Shown piece after piece: positions 35,451-40,671 of a stretch of DNA of 40,671 nucleotides; the stretch's first letter is position 1, and the number at the start of each line of letters is the position of its first letter. Position numbers and translations under genes: made by a program. The DNA is from Myxococcales bacterium (GTDB lineage Bacteria; Myxococcota_A; UBA9042): the NCBI GenBank assembly GCA_037441385.1, contig JBBISH010000053.1:1-40671 (forward strand), read 5' to 3'. Below the pieces are notes generated by a model. It was not told where the DNA came from. It worked only from the letters and a program-made list of their open reading frames with translations, and did no database searches.

Positions 35451-37622
35451 ATGAACACCCAAGATCAACCCGGCCACGATCACGAAATCCAAAGCAACGA
35501 CACGATGTTGCGCAACGAGCTGCGATCCATGCTCTCGCCGCGCACGGTGGCGGTGATCGGCGCTTCGCGGCGGCGCGGCACCATTGGCGGCGAGCTGCTG
35601 CACAACCTACTGAGCCACTCGTTTGCGGGGGCGGTGTATCCCATCAATCCGCAAGTCAAGGCGGTGCAAGGGGTTCGCGCCTGGCCGAGCGTAGAAGAGG
35701 TGCCCGACGACATCGACCTGGCGGTGATCGCGGTGCCGGCGGCCCAGGTCCGCGCCGAGGTTGAAGCCTGCGGTCGCAAGGGCGTCAAGAGCCTGGTCGT
35801 GATCACGGCGGGCTTTGGCGAGCTGGGCGGCAAGGGCAAGGCGCTGCAAGACGATCTGGTGGGGCTGGTGCGGCAACACGGCATGCGGATGGTGGGCCCC
35901 AATTGCCTGGGCATCCAGAACCGCGACCCCGAAGTGGGGCTGAATGCAACGTTTTCGCCAGCGTGGCCGCCGCCGGGCGGGGTGGCGATCGCCTCGCAGT
36001 CGGGCGCCCTGGGGCAGGCGATCTTGGAGCACGCCCGCGATCTGGGCCTGGGCGTTCACCAATTCGTCAGCATGGGCAACAAAGCCGACCTGTCGGGCAA
36101 CGATCTGCTGGCCTACTGGGGTGAAGATCCGGCGGTCAAGGTGATCCTGCTGTACCTGGAGTCGTTTGGAAATCCCAAGCGCTTCCAAGAGATTGCCAAA
36201 CGCACCTCGCGCAGCAAGCCGATCTTGATGGTCAAAGCCGGCCGCAGCGAGGCGGGAGCGCAGGCCGCGTCGTCGCACACGGGCGCGATGGCGGGCCTGG
36301 ACGTGGCCGTGGACGCGCTGCTGGGCCAGGCAGGCGTGCTGCGCGCCGACACGCTGGAGCAACTGTTCGACTTGGCGATGCTTTTGGCCAACCAGCCGCT
36401 GCCACGCGGCCGGCGCCTGGCGATCCTGACGAACGCGGGCGGTCCGGGGATCATGGCCACCGATGCCTGTGCTGCCCAAGGCCTGCTGATCCCGCCGCTG
36501 TGCGAAGCGACCAAGGCGGGGCTGCGCTCATTCCTGCCGCCCGAGGCGAGCGTGCGCAACCCGGTGGACATGATCGCGTCGGCCTCGGCCGAAGGCTACC
36601 GCCAGGCCGTGCAATTGCTGTGTGCCGATCCAGACATCGACGCCGTGCTGGCGATCTTCGTCCCGCCGATCGTGACGGACGCGACCGCGGTGGCCGACGC
36701 GATCCGCGAAGGCGCGGCCGGCTCGCAAAAGCCTGTGGTGACGTGCTTTTTGGGCAAGCACGGTGTGCCCGAGGCGCTGCGTTCCCTGCGGGCGGGCAAC
36801 ATTCCGTCGTACGCGTTCCCCGAGTCGGCGGCGATCGCCCTGGCCCACGCGGCTCGCTATGCCCAGTGGCTGCAGCGGCCCGCGGGCAAGCCGGGCACCC
36901 TGCCCGCTGCGGTGTTGGCGCAGGCTCGCGAGGTGATTGCGGGCGCCAAGGGCGAGTGGCTCTCGGGCGACGAGGTGCGGCAACTCCTTGTGGCGGTAGG
37001 CATTTCTGTCCTACCCGAGCGGAGCGTGCCCTCTGGCAACGCGCGGGTCGAGGCGGTGGTCGCGGCCGCGCACTCGGTAGGGATGCCCGTGGCGCTGAAG
37101 ATCCAATCGAGCACCATCACCCACAAAAGCGACGTGGGCGGCGTGGTGATCGGCCTGGACAACCCCGAGGAAGTGCGCCGCGCCATGGAGCAAATGCGCC
37201 ACCGCCTGAGCGAACTGGACAAGCTGGCCCAGGTGGAAGGCTGGCTGGTGCAGGCGATGGCCCCGCAGGGCGTGGAATGTCTGGTGGGGGCGACGCGCGA
37301 CCCCGTGTTCGGCCCCCTGGTGGCGTTTGGCTCGGGTGGCGTCGCAGTCGAAGTGTGGCGCGACGTGGCGTTTCGCCTGGCGCCGCTCGACGACGTGGAC
37401 GCGGCCGAGCTGCTGAGCAGTATCCGCGGCGCCAAGCTGCTGAACGGCTTCCGCGGGGCACCGCCAGCGGATCGGGCGGCCCTGATCGACGTGCTGCTCA
37501 AGGTGGGGCAGTTGGTGGATCAGATCCCCGAGATCGCCGAATTGGACCTGAATCCGCTGCTCGCGCTGGCGCCCGGTCAGGGCGTGCTGGCGGTGGACGC
37601 GCGGGTTCGCGTGGCCAGATAG
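35451..37622 (+). CDS. Acetate/acyl-CoA ligase (ADP-forming), fused alpha-beta type
   Basis: 'VAVIGAS', 'RMVGPNCLG', 'SQSGALG', 'SMGNKADL', phospho-His 'ASSHTG', 'TNAGGPG', 'NPVDM', ATP-grasp 'HKSDVGGV', 'DLNP'; no GNAT domain seen. Start approximate. Confidence 0.9.
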   Translation: MNTQDQPGHDHEIQSNDTMLRNELRSMLSPRTVAVIGASRRRGTIGGELLHNLLSHSFAGAVYPINPQVKAVQGVRAWPSVEEVPDDIDLAVIAVPAAQVRAEVEACGRKGVKSLVVITAGFGELGGKGKALQDDLVGLVRQHGMRMVGPNCLGIQNRDPEVGLNATFSPAWPPPGGVAIASQSGALGQAILEHARDLGLGVHQFVSMGNKADLSGNDLLAYWGEDPAVKVILLYLESFGNPKRFQEIAKRTSRSKPILMVKAGRSEAGAQAASSHTGAMAGLDVAVDALLGQAGVLRADTLEQLFDLAMLLANQPLPRGRRLAILTNAGGPGIMATDACAAQGLLIPPLCEATKAGLRSFLPPEASVRNPVDMIASASAEGYRQAVQLLCADPDIDAVLAIFVPPIVTDATAVADAIREGAAGSQKPVVTCFLGKHGVPEALRSLRAGNIPSYAFPESAAIALAHAARYAQWLQRPAGKPGTLPAAVLAQAREVIAGAKGEWLSGDEVRQLLVAVGISVLPERSVPSGNARVEAVVAAAHSVGMPVALKIQSSTITHKSDVGGVVIGLDNPEEVRRAMEQMRHRLSELDKLAQVEGWLVQAMAPQGVECLVGATRDPVFGPLVAFGSGGVAVEVWRDVAFRLAPLDDVDAAELLSSIRGAKLLNGFRGAPPADRAALIDVLLKVGQLVDQIPEIAELDLNPLLALAPGQGVLAVDARVRVAR

Positions 37623-37628
37623 CCCAAG

Positions 37629-39002
37629 CTACGTGCGCGGCACCACTCGGCAGATGGCGACCTTGAGGTAGCGCCCCTCGGCGTGGGCCGGCGCGGTGGG
37701 GTGATCGGGAGCGGCGCTGCGCAGCTCGACCAATTGCACAGCCACACCAGCCTGTTGCGCGGCCTGTCCCAGCGTGCGCAGGAACAGCTCGGGCTCGACC
37801 AGACCCGAGCACGAGCACGATACCAGCCAGCCACCGGGGCGCACGGCCTGCATCGCCACCGCGTTCAGGGCCGTGTACTTGCGCTGGGCTTGCTCAACGG
37901 CCGCGGCGCGGGTGGCGTACTTGGGCGGATCGACGATGACGAGATCCGGGCGGTCTGCTTCGTCGAGCCCGGCCAAGTTGCGCAACACCAGCACGGCGTC
38001 GTTGCACTGGACTTCCAGGTCGACTTTGTTCATGGCTCCGTGCTGCAGCGTAAGATCCACCGCCTTTTGCGACGCATCGACACACAACACCCGCTTGGCG
38101 CCGGCGCGGGCCGCGTGCAGCCCAAAACCGCCCGCGTGGCAAAACGCGTCGACCACAAAGCGCCCCGGCGCCAACTGCGCGACGCGGGCATGGTTGTCGC
38201 GCTGATCACAGTACATGCCCGTCTTCTGACCGCCGGCGGGCTCGACCAGCAACTGCAGACCGTTGTGCAAGACCGCGACCCGCTCGGGCACTTGGCCGTG
38301 CTCTTCGCTGGCGCCGCCGACCAGGCCTTCGGACGGGTGGATATCGGCCGGCACCCGCACCAACACCCAGGAGCAGCCCAAGGCCTGCAGCTCGCGGACG
38401 ATCGTCGCGCGCAGGTTCCAGGCGCCGGCGGTCGAGATCTGCAGCACCGCACCGTCGCCAAAACGGTCGGCCGTAGCGCCGGGCAGCCAGTCGCCTTCGC
38501 TGTTGACCAGGCGAAACGCGGTGGTCGCCGGACCGGGCAACCCCAAGTCGCGCCGCAGCGCCGCCGCGGATTGCACGCGCTGGGCGGCCAGTTCGTCCAG
38601 GGCCGGGAAGTCGAGCGGCTCTAGACCATCGCTGCCCATGGCCAGAATGCGCACCGCGATCTGGCTGTTCTTGTTCCAATAGCCGGCGCCCAAGTAGCGG
38701 GCGTGCTGGTCGAACAGCGCGCACGGGCTGCCCGGCAGGTCGCTGGCGCCCGGCCCCGCAACCACGTGGGCGAGCGCCCCAGAAAACACCCACGGGTGGC
38801 CGGCCAGCGGCGGTGTGGCCGTGCCCGGTCGCAACACCAGCGAGGTCACCCCGGGCCAGGTCGGCAGGCGCTCGGGCGCCGGCGGAGTAGGCAACTGTGG
38901 ACGCCCCTTGGCTTTGTGGGCCGGGGGTCCGCGGCGATCGTCTGGGGCGTGAGCGGGCCGTCCGGCGGGCGAATGGGGGCGAGAATCGGTGGGGCGGGCC
39001 AT
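37629..39002 (-). CDS. rlmI: Class I SAM-dependent rRNA methyltransferase, RlmI (23S m5C1962) family
   Basis: PUA-like 'GHPWVFSG', 'RLVNSEGDWLPG', 'GQKTGMYCDQRDN', 'DAFCHAGGFG', 'VDPPKY', 'SCSCS', 'PDHP...EGRYLK'. Confidence 0.85.
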   Translation of the reverse strand: MARPTDSRPHSPAGRPAHAPDDRRGPPAHKAKGRPQLPTPPAPERLPTWPGVTSLVLRPGTATPPLAGHPWVFSGALAHVVAGPGASDLPGSPCALFDQHARYLGAGYWNKNSQIAVRILAMGSDGLEPLDFPALDELAAQRVQSAAALRRDLGLPGPATTAFRLVNSEGDWLPGATADRFGDGAVLQISTAGAWNLRATIVRELQALGCSWVLVRVPADIHPSEGLVGGASEEHGQVPERVAVLHNGLQLLVEPAGGQKTGMYCDQRDNHARVAQLAPGRFVVDAFCHAGGFGLHAARAGAKRVLCVDASQKAVDLTLQHGAMNKVDLEVQCNDAVLVLRNLAGLDEADRPDLVIVDPPKYATRAAAVEQAQRKYTALNAVAMQAVRPGGWLVSCSCSGLVEPELFLRTLGQAAQQAGVAVQLVELRSAAPDHPTAPAHAEGRYLKVAICRVVPRT

Positions 39003-39066
39003 ACGGGTTCCTGGGGCCGCCAGCGGGCGGCGGTGCAAGTCTGCGGGCGGCGGCCGCAACTTTCAA

Positions 39067-39203
39067 CTCATATGCACCCCACCTGATTCACGCCTGTACG
39101 GCTCTAAGGACCCGTTGCGCAACTGGCGAGAATCAGGCCGAGACCCCGGTTCGCGCCCGGAGAAATGCCTGAAATTTCGATGCGATTCGGACGGAACTGG
39201 TAT
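39067..39203 (-). repeat. Dispersed 137-bp structured element, copy B
   Basis: Reverse complement aligns to 25792-25928; contains the 13-bp IR CCTGATTCACGCC / GGCGAGAATCAGG with one mismatch. Confidence 0.8.
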
Positions 39204-39241
39204 AACTTGAAGATCGGCGTGCGGCGGAGCATCCTGAAGGC

Positions 39242-40671
39242 ATGCCACACCGCCCAGCGCGTCCGTCCATTCGCTTCCGCCGCCGTGTCCCGTGGCTGGC
39301 GTTCGTCCTGGCGGCGAGCACAGCCTTGACCTTGTTGCCACTGCCGGCGCACGCCGCCGATGCAGATGGCGACGGCCTCAATGATGCTTGGGAAATCAGC
39401 TACTTTGGCAACCTGAGCCAAGGCGCGGCCGGCGATCCAGACGCCGACGGCCTGACCAACGCCGCAGAAGCCGCAGCCGGCACGGATCCCACCTTGAAGG
39501 ACACGGACGGCGACGGGTTGAGCGACTACGACGAGATCAACCCCAAGAATGGGGCGCCGCCGACCAATCCGACGCTGGCCGACACCGACGGCGACTTCTT
39601 GTCGGACTACAACGAAGTGGCCAAGTTCAAGACCAACCCCACCAAGGTCGACAGCGACGGCGACGGGTTGCCGGACAACGTGGAGCTGCAGGTCACCAAG
39701 ACCAATCCGCTGCAAGTGGACTCGGACAATGGATTTTCGGACGACGGCGCCGAGGTGCTGATCGACGGCACCAACCCAAACGACCCCAGCGACGACAAGA
39801 AGGACTCGGACGGCGACGGGCTCGCGGATTGGGCCGAACTCAATGTCTATGGTACCAATCGCTTTGCCAAAGACAGCGACGAAGACGCGGTGGAAGACGG
39901 CGACGAAGTGCTCAAGCACAAAACGAACCCGACCAAAGCCGACACCGACAGCGACGGGCTGAAAGACGGCCAAGAGATCCTGTCTACACTGACCGATCCC
40001 CTGCTGGCCGACACCGACGGCGACGGCTTGGCCGACGGCGCGGAAGTGCTGACGTACAAGACGGATCCGCTCTTGGTGGACACGGACTGGGACACCCTGT
40101 CGGATGGCGATGAGGTCAATCTGTACGGCTCGTCGCCGCTGCTGGCCGACACCGACGGCGGCGGCGTGCTCGATCCCGTGGAGATCGCCGAGAACAGCAA
40201 CCCCAAGCTGGCCAAGGACGACGTGGGTAAGGATCAGGATGGCGATGGCCTCTCGACCACCTACGAGCTGACGGTGACCAAGACCAACCCCAACGACGCC
40301 GACAGCGACGGCGACCAGCTCAGCGACGGCCAAGAAGCCTTTCCGCTAGCCGATCACTTGGTGACCAAGCCCACCGACGCCGACACCGACGACGATGGCG
40401 TGCTGGATGGCTGGGAAAAAGGCGTCAGCAAAGATGGCAAGCCGTCCAACGTGACGGGCGGCACTTCGCCCGTGCTCTTCGACACCGACGGCGATGGCTT
40501 GGGCGATGGTTTGGAAGGGGGCCTGACTGCTCCACAGATTTCGGCCAAACAGCCGGCAGCGACCGCGCAACCCTTTGTGGGGGATAGTGATCCCAGCTCG
40601 ACCACCGACCCGCTGTTGGCCGATACCGACGGCGATGGCCTAAGCGACGGCCAAGAAGACGTGAACCACAA
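39242..40671 (+). CDS. Secreted protein with tandem DxDGDGLxD (TSP3-like Ca-binding) repeats; runs off the window end and is absent from the ORF track
   Basis: Translated by hand: MPHRPARPSIRFRRRVPWLAFVLAASTALTLLPLPAHA-ADADGDGLNDAWE...; about 17 D-[TS]-D-G-D-G-L-x-D-like units; no stop found. Confidence 0.9.
   Translation, partial: MPHRPARPSIRFRRRVPWLAFVLAASTALTLLPLPAHAADADGDGLNDAWEISYFGNLSQGAAGDPDADGLTNAAEAAAGTDPTLKDTDGDGLSDYDEINPKNGAPPTNPTLADTDGDFLSDYNEVAKFKTNPTKVDSDGDGLPDNVELQVTKTNPLQVDSDNGFSDDGAEVLIDGTNPNDPSDDKKDSDGDGLADWAELNVYGTNRFAKDSDEDAVEDGDEVLKHKTNPTKADTDSDGLKDGQEILSTLTDPLLADTDGDGLADGAEVLTYKTDPLLVDTDWDTLSDGDEVNLYGSSPLLADTDGGGVLDPVEIAENSNPKLAKDDVGKDQDGDGLSTTYELTVTKTNPNDADSDGDQLSDGQEAFPLADHLVTKPTDADTDDDGVLDGWEKGVSKDGKPSNVTGGTSPVLFDTDGDGLGDGLEGGLTAPQISAKQPAATAQPFVGDSDPSSTTDPLLADTDGDGLSDGQEDVNH

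Overview
GC-rich chromosomal window, probably from a Myxococcota/deltaproteobacterial genome (inferred from PEGA/TPR, CDGxDNDCDG-repeat, VWA and Cys-rich lipoproteins). It holds about 25 CDS: rsmB-dprA-topA, mpl, rne, an rlmI-like gene, an NtrC-type regulator, SpoIID and CHAP hydrolases, an ADP-forming acyl-CoA synthetase and many surface proteins. I saw no rRNA, tRNA, CRISPR array or transposase. The most unusual locus is 12402-15116, an apparently leaderless two-gene unit. Its first gene is a Pvc15/Afp15-type AAA+ ATPase whose first ~60 residues align without gaps to the N-terminal domain of ribosomal protein S13. Its second gene is an 89-aa protein resembling eukaryotic protein C10 (C12orf57). 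Non-coding features include a 137-bp structured element present twice (~66% identical), a ~190-bp palindrome supplying a -35 box, and a ~670-nt candidate rne leader. All family calls are by-eye motif recognition; no database was searched.
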